Assembly (NCBI GenBank): GCA_965226495.1
Contig: OZ245365.1
Coordinates: forward strand, 512,001 to 576,000
Reading direction: 5' to 3'
Source of the DNA: Candidatus Marinacidobacterales bacterium
GTDB lineage: Bacteria > Acidobacteriota > Vicinamibacteria > Marinacidobacterales > DATDRI01
Length of the DNA stretch: 64,000 nt
A program made the translations under genes and the position numbers. The notes beneath the pieces are model-generated. The model was not told the origin of the DNA. It searched no databases and was given only the letters and a program-made list of their open reading frames with translations. Below are positions 27,128-37,330 of the stretch, piece by piece. Each line of letters opens with the position of its first letter. Position 1 is the first letter of the stretch.

Positions 27128-28783
27128 TTGACTGCCGTGAGAAAACTGGCGTGGGCGATCGGATTGACGCTAACGGTCGCCCTTGCGGGCGCCGCGGTCT
27201 TCGTCTGGCTCTTTGGGGCACTCGGCATCGAGCTGGGTGAACGGGCGATCTACCTGAGCAGCCCTCTGGAACTGCTCGCCGCCCTCGGCCTGGTAATCGC
27301 TACATTCTTCATCGGTTTTGTCGGCAACAAGCTTTCGCGGGGCGGAATCTGGATCGCTCTCGCCATCTTCCTTCCCGTTGTGATCTACCTCCTGAGCTAC
27401 CTTTATCCGACGCAGCCGGCCGCGGTGGAGCTTGGCGAGCTCACGGCGGCCGTCGACAACAACCGCAAAGTGTTGTTGATCGGTGTCGACGCGATGTCGT
27501 GGAATCGCGTGCTGCCGCTCGTGCGGCAAGGAAAGCTTCCGAACATCGAGCGGCTCATGGAGGAGGGAGCCTATGGAGTGCTTCACTCCTACAAATCTTA
27601 TCGGGCCGACGTGGAGCAGTGGGGGTTTTGGTCTCCGGTGGTTTGGACCACCATTGCGACCGGCGTGTACCCGGAACAGCACGGAATCATAGATTTTCAG
27701 CTTCCTCGAGTCGTGGAGAAAGTCCCCATGACGAAGCGCGCCCCAAGGAAAAGGAAGCTGAAAGTGATGGCTAACTCGCAGCACCGACGCGCGCCCGCCT
27801 TTTGGAACATTTACAGCAACTACGGCAAGTCGGTTGGGCTAGTCGGTTGGTGGGCTTCTTGGCCCGCCGAAGAAGTTGATGGGTTTCTGGTGTCCTCGAA
27901 CCTCGGCTTGCGGGGGCGTCGCCGCACCGGCACGTGGGATCTCAACGTCGCGACATGGTTCACGAAACGCGACCGGCTGACTTATCCTGAAGGCTACGTT
28001 AGAACGATCTTGGACGAAATCGGGCTCCCCGAGGATTCGGAGGCGTTCGTCAACGAAAACATTTTCCCGTTAGAGAAATACCCGTTTCTCAAGGGGCGCG
28101 ACAAGGATCAGTTCTACCAAGTCATGTGGCAAGATCGGCTCTACCAGCGAATCACCGAGCACTTGCTACGGAACGAGGATCTTGCGATCTATGCAACCTA
28201 TTTCGAGGGCGTGGACGGTGCCGGCCACAAGTTTTGGCAGTATATGGCTTCCACCGACCGGGCGGCGCAGATATCGCTCCCCGAGGGTTTCGATCTACAT
28301 CGACGCGTCGTCGACCGATACTACGCGGTCGTGGACTCGTATATCGGTGAGCTTCTCGACGCGGCCGGCGATGAAGTGACTGTCGTGATCTGCTCCGATC
28401 ATGGTTTCCGAGCGACGCCGAATGGAAAAACTCCGGCCGACCACAGCGGCTACGGTGTTCTCATTGTCAAGGGCCCCGGGGTTCGGAAAGGGGGGAATCA
28501 ATTGACGCTCCGTGGGTCGGTGTACAATCTCGTTCACGGTGGTGTCGGTGTGGAGGATGTTCTTCCGACCCTCCTCTACATGCAAGGTCTACCGATTTCA
28601 GCGGAGTTGGATGGAACCGTTCAGGATCGCTTCTTCGAGCGAGCCTACTTGAAGAGTCATGACAAAATTCGAACCGCGTCCTACGAAGAATTTTTCAATC
28701 CCGAGTTGGTCGAGTTCGAGGTCCCGCCAAGCGACCAAGACGAATACCGGGAGCGCCTGCGAAGCCTCGGCTACATCAACTAG
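27128..28783 (+). CDS. Membrane-anchored alkaline phosphatase superfamily (type I phosphodiesterase) protein
   Basis: Three N-terminal TMs; LIGVDA, SPVVWTTIATG, VGWWASWPAE, SDHGF, RLRSLGYI. Confidence 0.88.
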   Translation: MTAVRKLAWAIGLTLTVALAGAAVFVWLFGALGIELGERAIYLSSPLELLAALGLVIATFFIGFVGNKLSRGGIWIALAIFLPVVIYLLSYLYPTQPAAVELGELTAAVDNNRKVLLIGVDAMSWNRVLPLVRQGKLPNIERLMEEGAYGVLHSYKSYRADVEQWGFWSPVVWTTIATGVYPEQHGIIDFQLPRVVEKVPMTKRAPRKRKLKVMANSQHRRAPAFWNIYSNYGKSVGLVGWWASWPAEEVDGFLVSSNLGLRGRRRTGTWDLNVATWFTKRDRLTYPEGYVRTILDEIGLPEDSEAFVNENIFPLEKYPFLKGRDKDQFYQVMWQDRLYQRITEHLLRNEDLAIYATYFEGVDGAGHKFWQYMASTDRAAQISLPEGFDLHRRVVDRYYAVVDSYIGELLDAAGDEVTVVICSDHGFRATPNGKTPADHSGYGVLIVKGPGVRKGGNQLTLRGSVYNLVHGGVGVEDVLPTLLYMQGLPISAELDGTVQDRFFERAYLKSHDKIRTASYEEFFNPELVEFEVPPSDQDEYRERLRSLGYIN

Positions 28784-28882
28784 GCCTTGGCGTCCCCCTC
28801 CGCCATCGATTTCGTTACGGCTACGGCGGGACCTGGCCGTAGCCGGCGATTTTTCTATCAGCGCATCACCGGCGAAGGCCGG

Positions 28883-29341
28883 CTAGGGCGCTACGGAGGC
28901 GGGACAATTCCCGTCGGCGCGGTTATTGTCTTCGTCCGATTCATCGACTTGGAATCGTGAATCGGCAAGGATTGTGAAATCGCAGTCCGGATTGAAACAC
29001 TCTCTGGGAACCGCGACTGGCGAGAGCTGGATCGAGCTGTCGGCTCCGATCTCGGGGATCTGCACGTCGAACGAACCGCCGGGAACGAAAACGATAGTGG
29101 TTATCGAAGCGCCGGCTCTCTCTTGACCGCGATTCTCAACCGCTACCACGACCGTCGGCCCTGCACCGCAAAATACCCCCGGCGCGTCGTTGTCCGACGG
29201 TACCCGAGCGAATCGAAGATCGGGTCGGGTGGTTTCATCCTCAGGGTTGACGACGGACTGGAGAAGATCGAAACCGCTGCAGCCCCAGGCTAATAGAGCC
29301 AAAAGGCCGATGAGTGAAACGAGTGATGGGTTCCTTCGCAA
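28883..29341 (-). CDS. CARDB-domain lipoprotein
   Basis: Lipobox AWGC; PDL...VENRG...ADSRFQVDESDEDNN. Confidence 0.8.
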   Translation of the reverse strand: MRRNPSLVSLIGLLALLAWGCSGFDLLQSVVNPEDETTRPDLRFARVPSDNDAPGVFCGAGPTVVVAVENRGQERAGASITTIVFVPGGSFDVQIPEIGADSSIQLSPVAVPRECFNPDCDFTILADSRFQVDESDEDNNRADGNCPASVAP

Positions 29342-29420
29342 GTCATGTTATTTAAGTCCAAGAGGGCAGTCATGTCAAGGTTTTAAAGCCGATGCCCAAT
29401 AGAGGCAAGGAGATGCGGTG

Positions 29421-30576
29421 ATGCATCGACATTTATTTGGATTCTTAAACTTCGCTTTGGCAGTTACGTTCTCAACCGTCGTTGCGGGAGCGCAGTCCAA
29501 TCCAAGAGCCCGCGATCTCGGCATCCCATTCGACGGAACACCGGGCCCGCTGAATGCGATGACCGACGTCGAGGGGGTGGAAGTGGGTCACGCAACCTTG
29601 ATCTCTGGCGAGGGCGCACTCGAAGTGGGGGAGGGGCCAGTGCGCACTGGCGTGACGGTAGACTTCCCAAAGGACGATCCGCAAAGAACCAGGTCTTCGC
29701 CGCCTGGTTCACGCTCAACGCCAACGGTGAGATGACCGGGACGACGTGGATCGAGGAGTCGGGGATTTTGGAAGGGCCGGTAGCGATCACCAATACACAT
29801 AGCGTGGGCACGGTGCATCAAGCGGTCATCGAATGGTCGGTGCTCCACGTGCACGGTTTGAGATGGAGTCTTCCCGTCGTGGCTGAGACGTGGGACGGTT
29901 ACTTGAACGACATCGACGGCTTTCATGTTCGGCGCGAGGACGTCTTCCGCGCCATCGAGTCGGCCCGCGTTGGAGCGGTCGCCGAAGGCAACGTCGGTGG
30001 CGGAACGGGCATGGTGCTCTATGATTTCAAGGGAGGCGTCGGTACGTCGTCTCGCATCGCGGAGACCGATCACGGGACGTATCGCGTCGGCGTCCTCGTT
30101 CAGGCCAACTATGGCGAGCGCGAGCAGCTCCGTATCTCCGGCGTGCCGTTGGGCCGGGAGATCACCGACTTGATGCCGGAACTCGATCAATCCTCGGAAG
30201 ACGAAGGTTCGATCATTATCGTCGTTGCGACCGACGCTCCTGTCCTACCGCATCAGCTGAAGCGAATCGCCAAACGCGCCAGCTTGGGCTTGGGTCGAAA
30301 CGGTAGCATCGCCGGGAACGGCTCCGGCGACATCTTTATCGCGTTCACAACCGCGCACCCGGAGGTCGGAACCGAGGACGGCGGGCTCTTCGAGCTCCGG
30401 ATGCTCGGCGCCTCAACCCGCTGTTCGAAGCGACAATCGAGGCTACCGAAGAAGCAGTGGTCAATGCCATGGTGGCGGCGGAGACGATGAGCGGTGTGAA
30501 CGAAAATACGGTCTACGCCATCCCTCACCAACGGCTTCGCGAGGTGCTGAGGAAATACAACCGCCTGGTCGAGTAG
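29421..30576 (+). pseudogene. dmpA: DmpA-like aminopeptidase (peptidase S58/P1), two frameshifts
   Basis: RARDLGIPF, VRTGVT, NGEMTG, PVVAETWDG, EGNVGGGTGM, GSIIIVVATDAP, SGDIFIAF. Frame changes near 29660 and 30410. Confidence 0.88.
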
Positions 30577-30589
30577 GGAGCAAGGCTGC

Positions 30590-31336
30590 TCAGGCCCGCA
30601 TAATACCGCCGTCGATCCCGATCACAGTGCCGGTCATGAAATCGGATCCTTGTCCGGCCATCAAAACCGCGAGTGGCCCGAGCTCGCTCGGCTGACCCCA
30701 ACGACCCAGTGGGATAGCCGCCTTCAACCCTGCCGCCATCTCGGGTTGATCGAGCGCCGGTTTCGTGAGGTCGGTGTAGAAGGGGCCGGGCGCGATAACG
30801 TTCACGGTGACGGTCGGTGCCCATTCCCAAGCCAGGCTCTTCGACAGGGCGATCAAGCCCCCCTTGCTGGCCGAATAGGCGGCGGCGTTTGCGAAGCCTC
30901 GGATCCCGAGGTCGGTCGACGTATTAATGATTTTTCCTCGGCCCTGCTCGAGCATCCGCTTGCCGAACGCGCGACAACAATAGAAGGCGCCGCTCAGGTT
31001 GACTTCGATGACGCGGTGCCAATCATCGTCGCTGGTATCGAGCGTGGGGCCAAAGAAATTGGTGCCCGCGTTGTTGAAGGCGACGTCGACCGTACCCATT
31101 TCCGACCAGACTCTATTGGCCGCTTCCTCGACCGCGGCCGAATCCGTGACTTCGAGCTCGACCGCCATGCACAAGCGTCCGAGCGAGCGAATGCGATCGG
31201 CAGTGGCATCGAGAGCCGCCTTGTCGCGGCCAGTGATGACGAGGTCGGCGCCCTCCTTGGCGCAGGCGTTGGCGATGGACCCGCCGAGGCCTCGGCTTCC
31301 TCCGGTTACGAGTACGGTCTTACCGTCGAGCTGCAT
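30590..31336 (-). CDS. SDR family oxidoreductase
   Basis: TGGSRGLG, NNAG, YSASK, VIAPG. Confidence 0.93.
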   Translation of the reverse strand: MQLDGKTVLVTGGSRGLGGSIANACAKEGADLVITGRDKAALDATADRIRSLGRLCMAVELEVTDSAAVEEAANRVWSEMGTVDVAFNNAGTNFFGPTLDTSDDDWHRVIEVNLSGAFYCCRAFGKRMLEQGRGKIINTSTDLGIRGFANAAAYSASKGGLIALSKSLAWEWAPTVTVNVIAPGPFYTDLTKPALDQPEMAAGLKAAIPLGRWGQPSELGPLAVLMAGQGSDFMTGTVIGIDGGIMRA

Positions 31337-31426
31337 TGAGCACCTCCCATTTTGCGCCGTCCGCGACTGCTCCGGGATTGTAACGGTGTCTGACTCGGTT
31401 GACTAGTGGCAACAACGTTGATTGAT

Positions 31427-31467
31427 GCCGGACACGGCCGGACACAGCCGGACACAGCCGCACACAG
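31427..31467 (+). repeat. Tandem repeat, 10-bp unit GCCGGACACA, about 4 copies
   Basis: gccggacacg gccggacaca gccggacaca gccgcacaca in a divergent intergenic region. Confidence 0.75.
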
Positions 31468-31536
31468 TTTGACGGGCGTCTGCTTGATGTCTCCAGCACT
31501 GCGCGGCTAGAATCGCGGGGTCCTAAGGGGGTGTCC

Positions 31537-32487
31537 ATGCGGTCTTCCGCGTTCTCGCGGCGCAACTTTCTGTTGGGTACCGGTGCACTGGCGGTGGGTT
31601 TGGGCAGAGACGTAGCCGGTGAGCCAGGCCCGAAGAGAACGGGCGGAACTCGACTGATCTTGTTGGGGACCGGAGGGGGGCCGCGGCCAATGGCCGAGCG
31701 AGCAGGGCCCTCGCACGTCATTCTCGTTGACGGCGTTCCTTACGTCGTGGATTGCGGGGAAGGAGTCGCACGCCAACTCGTGCGGGCCCGCATCAACCCC
31801 GGCCTCCTCGCGAAGATTTTCATCACCCACCAACACTCGGATCACAACGTCGACTATGGAAACTTGACTCTGCTGGCCTCGGCGAGCGGTCTATCGACCC
31901 GAGTCGATGCCTATGGTCCTCCACCGATCGAGAGAATGACGAAGCTGTTCTTCGATAGGAACGCCTACGATATCGAGACGCGGGGCGCCGACAAAAGCCG
32001 GGTTCCCCTGGCGCCACTCATCCATGCGCACGAGTTGGACACGGGGGGCGTGGTGATGGAAGACGCTCGGGTCAAGGTAACGGCCGCTCTCGTGAATCAT
32101 CCTCTGGTCGAGCCATCGTTCGCGTACCGTTTCGATACCGTCGACCGCTCGATCGTGATCTCGGGGAATACTGCCTGGTGTGACGATTTCGTGAGGTTGT
32201 CGCGAGGTGCGGACGTGCTGGTCCACGAAGCACTTTACGCACCCGCCATCGAGCGCCTCTCGCAGAGGGTGGGGAATGCCACGCAGCTGGTCGAGGACGT
32301 TCTGGCCAGCCACACCAAGGCGGAAGACGTCGGCCGGCTGGCATCCCAAGCGGGCGTTCGCACGCTGGTCTTGTCCCGCCTCGTGCCCGGAGACGACCCT
32401 TCGATCACCGACGACCTGTGGCGTGAGCGGGCGAGCAAACACTTTCGCGGTGAAGTGATCGTCGGTAAAGACCTTTTGGAGATTTGA
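31537..32487 (+). CDS. MBL-fold (RNase Z/AtsA-like) hydrolase with Tat signal
   Basis: SRRNFL, LLGTGGGP, VDCG, THQHSDH, DVLVHEA. Confidence 0.88.
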   Translation: MRSSAFSRRNFLLGTGALAVGLGRDVAGEPGPKRTGGTRLILLGTGGGPRPMAERAGPSHVILVDGVPYVVDCGEGVARQLVRARINPGLLAKIFITHQHSDHNVDYGNLTLLASASGLSTRVDAYGPPPIERMTKLFFDRNAYDIETRGADKSRVPLAPLIHAHELDTGGVVMEDARVKVTAALVNHPLVEPSFAYRFDTVDRSIVISGNTAWCDDFVRLSRGADVLVHEALYAPAIERLSQRVGNATQLVEDVLASHTKAEDVGRLASQAGVRTLVLSRLVPGDDPSITDDLWRERASKHFRGEVIVGKDLLEI

Positions 32488-32488
32488 C

Positions 32489-35392
32489 CTGCGCTCAGTC
32501 AGAGGTTGGATTGCGGTCGGTTGCCTGGTTTGCGCGTCGTGCTCGCCCAATGACCCCCCACCCGGCGGCGGTGTCCTGTGGGAGTACTGGTTGGGAATCG
32601 AAGGAGTTTCCGTCCCCGCTCTCACCGACCATCCCGATTTTCCCGACCACCCCGCGGGTAGGCGACTGCTCGATGAATTGGAGTCTCCGGCGCAATTCGA
32701 AGACTCCTACGGAGCGAGAATCCGCGGTTTCCTTCACCCACCCGTTTCAGGGGAGTACCGGCTTCTTTTGGAGAGTCGCGGCTCGTCGGAACTGTGGTTG
32801 AGCACGGACGCGCGGCCCGAGCATAAGACCCGCCTCGCTTCGATCGCGCGTCCCTCGACGTCGCACTCGCGATCGGATGGCTTGTCCGAGCCGGTAACGC
32901 TCGACGAGGGAGAGCGGTATTACTTCGAAATCCTACACAAGGAAGGCGAGAGTAAGGACTTCCTGGAAGTCGAGTGGTTGATCCCGGGCGACAGCTCACC
33001 GCGAGACATCGCCAGGCGATGGCTGTCTCCGTGGTCCATCGAACAAGTGGAGCGCATTCGCTTCGGGAAAGAGGAGCCCTTTCCCAACGAGCCGTTCGAG
33101 CTGAGTATCCAAACTCCGACGCAACAAGCCTCGATCCGCTACACCACGGATGGTAGTTGGCCCTCACTGACTCACGGAGAGCTTTACAAAGGCCCGATCG
33201 GGATCGAAAAAACAACCGTCCTCCGAGCCGTCGCCTTCAGACCCGATGCGGTGCCTTCGGAAATCGAGACCCGCACTTTCATCTTTATTGATGACGTTCG
33301 GAATCAACAGAACGTTGCCCCGAAGAATGCTCACTGGAGCACGACGATGGATCCCGGTGTGGCGGAAAGCCCCGTCTATCGGGATCGCATCGCCGGTGCG
33401 CTCCGAGCGATACCCAGTCTCTCCCTCGCTACCTCTCACGAGGACATGTTCGGCCCCGATGGAATCTATCGCCACACGACCGAAAAAGGTCGCGCCTGGG
33501 AAAAGCTGGCTTCGCTCGAGCTTCTTCGGCCTGGCGAGAGAGAGTTTCAAGTCAACTGTGGGGTGCGGATCTCAGGAGGGAGGTCTCGTGAACCTCGTGC
33601 CACGCCCAAGCACAGCTTCCGGATCGCCTTCCGGAGGAAGTTTGGCCCCGGTAAGTTGCGGCATCGACTGTTTCCGGATTCGCCGATGGATCGTTACGAC
33701 AGCCTCGTGCTCCGTGCTGGATTCAACCACAGTTGGACGACGGGTACCGCTGAGAAAGCCTACGCCCAGTATCTAAGGAACGCTTTCACGCGCGATGCTC
33801 AAAACTCGACGGGAAGCTTCAACGGTTCGGGACGCTTCGTTCATCTGTATGTGAACGGGCTGTATTGGGGGCTCTATTTCATGGAGGACCGCCAGGATGC
33901 TGACTTCGCGGCGGCGGTCTTCGGCGGTGACGAGGATGATTTCGATGTCATTCAGGATCGGCGGGTCGAGCGGGGGGATTTCGCAGCTTTCGGCGCAATG
34001 TTCGACATTGCGAACCGAGGCGTGTCGTCCGACGAGAACCTTCGCAAGCTTCTCGCCTATCTGGATCTGACCCACTTCATCGATTACCTCATCGTCAACA
34101 ACTTCTTCGCGAACTACGACTGGCCGATCCGTAATTGGAGGGCGATTCGAAAACGAGTCCCGGAAGCCCGGTTCCGCTTTCTCACTTGGGATGCCGAGTG
34201 GACGCTCCCGCACTACCGACCGGTATGGACCAACGCGGGGGACTACCAAAAGCGCTTGACTACCGGCGATGGGGACAAGACGCCGGGTCGGCTCTTTCAG
34301 AAGCTAAGAGACAACGCCGAGTTTCGGCTCCGGTTTGGTGATCGACTACACCGGCACTTCTATAACGACGGCACCTTCTACGTCGATCCCGATCGTCCCG
34401 ACTGGGAGCCGGGCCGCGCCGAACGCAACCGCCCCGCAGCCCGCTACTACAAATGGGCGTCTCGCATCGACCAAGCCATCATCGCAGAATCCGCCCGGTG
34501 GGGAGCGACGCGCCGAACGCCTGCATTCACCCGGGACGAGGAGTGGGTCAAAGAGCGCGACCGCATCTTGGAAGACTGGCTTCCTCGACGTGCTGCACAA
34601 TTCCTCGCTCAATGCCGCGATGAGGGGCTCTATCCGCGGCTCGAGGCGCCGCGGTTCAGCCAACACGGCGGTCTGGTCGAGCCGGGATTCGAAGTTACAC
34701 TCGAAGCACCGGCCGGCACGATCTACTACACCATCGATGGGAGCGATCCCCGCCGTCCTTTCGAGGGCACCGTATCCAGTGCCGCTCGCGAGTACCGTCG
34801 AGAGTCCTTTCGATTGGAGTCGGCGACCGCACTGAAGGCGCGTGTCTTCGCGGATGGGCACTGGAGTGCGTTGAACGAGGCGCAGTTCTATATGGAGCAG
34901 GATTGGTCGTCGCTCCTCATGACGGAGATCATGTATCACCCGAAAGACGATGAGCTCCTAGTGGACGAGTCGGTTCACGAATTCGTCGAGCTCAAGAACA
35001 CCGGGCCGGCGCCCCTCGACCTGGGCGGGTTGTCCTTCACCGCTGGCATCCGGTTTAACTTTCCCGCGGGAACGGTCCTGCCGGGCGGAGGTTTGATCGT
35101 TTTGGCCGCCAACGAAAGTGCCTTCATCCGTCGTTATGGGCTCGAGCCGCTAGGAGCTTACGAGGGCGCACTCAACAACGGCGGTGAACGGATCCAATTG
35201 ACCGCACCGAACGGCGATGTCGTTCTCGAGTTGTCGTACGATGATAGCGAGCGCTGGCCGGCGGGAACGGACGGGGGAGGCTCTTCACTCGTGCGTTACG
35301 ACGCCGATTCGGCGAAGGATCCCAACGATCCCTCCACCTGGAAGGAGAGCCGCGAGGTCGGTGGCTCGCCCGGCTCTGACGAGCCCCCCTGA
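32489..35392 (+). CDS. PA14 + FN3-associated + CotH kinase + lamin-tail domain surface protein
   Basis: PA14 (YGARIRG...ILHKEG), IRYTTDGS and IYYTIDGSDP, CotH (FVHLYVNGLYWGLY, DWP..NW, WDAE), LTD (TEIMYHP, EFVELKN). Frame is open upstream of the track start at 32591; true start uncertain. Confidence 0.85.
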   Translation: MRSVRGWIAVGCLVCASCSPNDPPPGGGVLWEYWLGIEGVSVPALTDHPDFPDHPAGRRLLDELESPAQFEDSYGARIRGFLHPPVSGEYRLLLESRGSSELWLSTDARPEHKTRLASIARPSTSHSRSDGLSEPVTLDEGERYYFEILHKEGESKDFLEVEWLIPGDSSPRDIARRWLSPWSIEQVERIRFGKEEPFPNEPFELSIQTPTQQASIRYTTDGSWPSLTHGELYKGPIGIEKTTVLRAVAFRPDAVPSEIETRTFIFIDDVRNQQNVAPKNAHWSTTMDPGVAESPVYRDRIAGALRAIPSLSLATSHEDMFGPDGIYRHTTEKGRAWEKLASLELLRPGEREFQVNCGVRISGGRSREPRATPKHSFRIAFRRKFGPGKLRHRLFPDSPMDRYDSLVLRAGFNHSWTTGTAEKAYAQYLRNAFTRDAQNSTGSFNGSGRFVHLYVNGLYWGLYFMEDRQDADFAAAVFGGDEDDFDVIQDRRVERGDFAAFGAMFDIANRGVSSDENLRKLLAYLDLTHFIDYLIVNNFFANYDWPIRNWRAIRKRVPEARFRFLTWDAEWTLPHYRPVWTNAGDYQKRLTTGDGDKTPGRLFQKLRDNAEFRLRFGDRLHRHFYNDGTFYVDPDRPDWEPGRAERNRPAARYYKWASRIDQAIIAESARWGATRRTPAFTRDEEWVKERDRILEDWLPRRAAQFLAQCRDEGLYPRLEAPRFSQHGGLVEPGFEVTLEAPAGTIYYTIDGSDPRRPFEGTVSSAAREYRRESFRLESATALKARVFADGHWSALNEAQFYMEQDWSSLLMTEIMYHPKDDELLVDESVHEFVELKNTGPAPLDLGGLSFTAGIRFNFPAGTVLPGGGLIVLAANESAFIRRYGLEPLGAYEGALNNGGERIQLTAPNGDVVLELSYDDSERWPAGTDGGGSSLVRYDADSAKDPNDPSTWKESREVGGSPGSDEPP

Positions 35393-35496
35393 CAGATTGA
35401 CAAATCTGGGATTTCCGCAAAACAGGTTTCGCTGGTGAGCTTGGCCTGTGTTAATCTACCCGCCGCTCTAGCCGAAACCGTCAAGGAGACAGCGCG

Positions 35497-36390
35497 ATGT
35501 ACCCTGCAGCCTTCCGCTACCACCGGGCAAGCTCCCTCACGGAAGCGGCCTCGATGCTCAACGATTTGGGAGACGAGGCCAAGCTTCTGGCCGGAGGGCA
35601 GAGCCTGATTCCGCTCATGAAACTGCGTTTGGCGGCGCCTTCCGATCTGATCGACCTCAACTTCATTTCCGGCTTGGACGGGATCGAAGAGAGCGAAGGC
35701 CAGGTCCGCTTCGGCGCGCTGGCCCGACATGGGGCCATTGCCGAGTCTCCCGCCGCGGGTCGCGTCCCGATACTGGCCGATTGCGCCGGAGGTATCGCCG
35801 ACGTCCAAGTGCGGAACCGGGGAACACTCGGTGGCTCGGTGGCTGAGGCCGATCCCAGTGGCGACTGGACTCCGGTCTTGCTGACTCTGGGTGCCCAAGT
35901 CGTTTGCCAGGGACCCAAGGAGTCGCGCACCCTGCCGTTGGTAGACTTCATCCTAGACGCATACTCGAACGCCCTCAAGCCGGGCGAGCTCATCCGCGAG
36001 ATCCGCGCGGAGATTCCTCCTAAGGGCAGCGGCGGCGCCTACCTGGCTTTCAAAAGAAGCGCTCAGGTCTATGCCACCGCCAGTGCGGCGGTGCAACTCA
36101 CGATTAAGGGCGACACCTGCGAGGATGTGCAAATCGTCATGGGCTCCGTCGGGCTGACTGCGGTGCGCGCCAAAGAGGCCGAGGACTTTCTGAAGGGCAA
36201 GGCGGCGACCGCCGAGAACCTAGAGTCGGTGGCCGAGGCAGCTATGGCGGCAGCCGAACCGCTGTCCGACATTCGCGGTTCGTCCGACTACAAAAAGGTT
36301 TTGGTACGGGCCCTGGTGAAACGGGCCGCCCAACGAGCCGTTCGCAGGGCCGGCGGGGAAACGATCGAGGGGAGCCACGAATATGTCTGA
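35497..36390 (+). CDS. Xanthine dehydrogenase family FAD-binding subunit (CoxM-like)
   Basis: LAGGQSLIPLMKLRLA, QVRNRGTLGGS, DIRGSSDYK. Confidence 0.93.
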   Translation: MYPAAFRYHRASSLTEAASMLNDLGDEAKLLAGGQSLIPLMKLRLAAPSDLIDLNFISGLDGIEESEGQVRFGALARHGAIAESPAAGRVPILADCAGGIADVQVRNRGTLGGSVAEADPSGDWTPVLLTLGAQVVCQGPKESRTLPLVDFILDAYSNALKPGELIREIRAEIPPKGSGGAYLAFKRSAQVYATASAAVQLTIKGDTCEDVQIVMGSVGLTAVRAKEAEDFLKGKAATAENLESVAEAAMAAAEPLSDIRGSSDYKKVLVRALVKRAAQRAVRRAGGETIEGSHEYV

Positions 36391-36862
36391 GCAAATTCCA
36401 AAAATCCCCGTGGAAGTCAAGGTGAACGGACGGTCTTACCGGCGCGAGGTCGAGCCTCGGATGCTGCTCGTTGAGTTCATCCGCGAGGAGCTGTCTCTGA
36501 CCGGAACCCACATCGGGTGCGAGACCACCTACTGTGGTGCCTGTACCGTGATTCTCGACGGGCTCGCCGTGAAGTCCTGCACGATGTTCGCCGTTCAAGC
36601 TGATGGGGGAGAGATCCTTACTGTGGAAGGACTCGAGAAGGACGGCAAGCTCGATCCGGTCCAGCAGGCCTTCTCCGATGAGCACGGTCTCCAGTGTGGC
36701 TACTGCACCCCGGGCTTCTTGATGTCGGTCACGCATCTGCTCGCCAGAAATTCCAAGCCCGACGAGAAACAAATCCGCAAGGGCATTGCGGGGAACATCT
36801 GCCGTTGCACCGGTTATCAGAACATCATGGCGGCCATCAAGTCGGCCGCCGGCACGCAGTGA
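36383..36862 (+). CDS. (2Fe-2S) subunit (CoxS-like)
   Basis: GCETTYCGACT, KSC, QCGYCTPG, NICRCTGY. Confidence 0.95.
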   Translation: MSEQIPKIPVEVKVNGRSYRREVEPRMLLVEFIREELSLTGTHIGCETTYCGACTVILDGLAVKSCTMFAVQADGGEILTVEGLEKDGKLDPVQQAFSDEHGLQCGYCTPGFLMSVTHLLARNSKPDEKQIRKGIAGNICRCTGYQNIMAAIKSAAGTQ

Positions 36863-36871
36863 GGACACGTC

Positions 36872-37330
36872 ATGGCGATCAGCTTCGAAGGTGATTTTGA
36901 AGTCCAACGAGACAAGGACGAAGTCTACAAGTTCCTGTCGAATCCAGAAGAGTTCGGCCCGCTGCTGCCGGGTTTTCAAAGCATGGAGGTCGAGGGTGAC
37001 AAGACCTGCTCGGTGAAGCTCAAGGTCGGTGTCCCGCAGATTCCAGGATCGGCGACGGTGAAACTTAGGCTTGACGAAGACCGGCCTCCCGAGCACGCGC
37101 TCTACACCGGCAAGGGCAAGATGGCCGGCGGGTCGATGAATCTAACCGCGGGTTTCGACCTCACCGATGGCGACGCCGGAAAGACCAAGGTCACCTGGAA
37201 GGGCGAGGTGATCATTATGGGGAAGCTCGCGTCTTTGGCTGGCGGGCTCTTGAAGCCGATCGCCAAGAAAAACATCGAGACCCTCATCGGTGGATTGCGG
37301 GACAAGTTGTCGTCAGGAGGAGCGGTATGA
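36872..37330 (+). CDS. coxG: CoxG/SRPBCC accessory protein
   Basis: FLSNPE..LLPG...GKLASLAGGLL; position inside the Mo-hydroxylase operon. Confidence 0.85.
   Translation: MAISFEGDFEVQRDKDEVYKFLSNPEEFGPLLPGFQSMEVEGDKTCSVKLKVGVPQIPGSATVKLRLDEDRPPEHALYTGKGKMAGGSMNLTAGFDLTDGDAGKTKVTWKGEVIIMGKLASLAGGLLKPIAKKNIETLIGGLRDKLSSGGAV

Noticed and set aside
15125-31467. Short tandem repeats (15125, 31427) as CRISPR or iteron arrays
   Set aside because: Units of 8-10 bp with no spacers; no cas or rep genes in the window.
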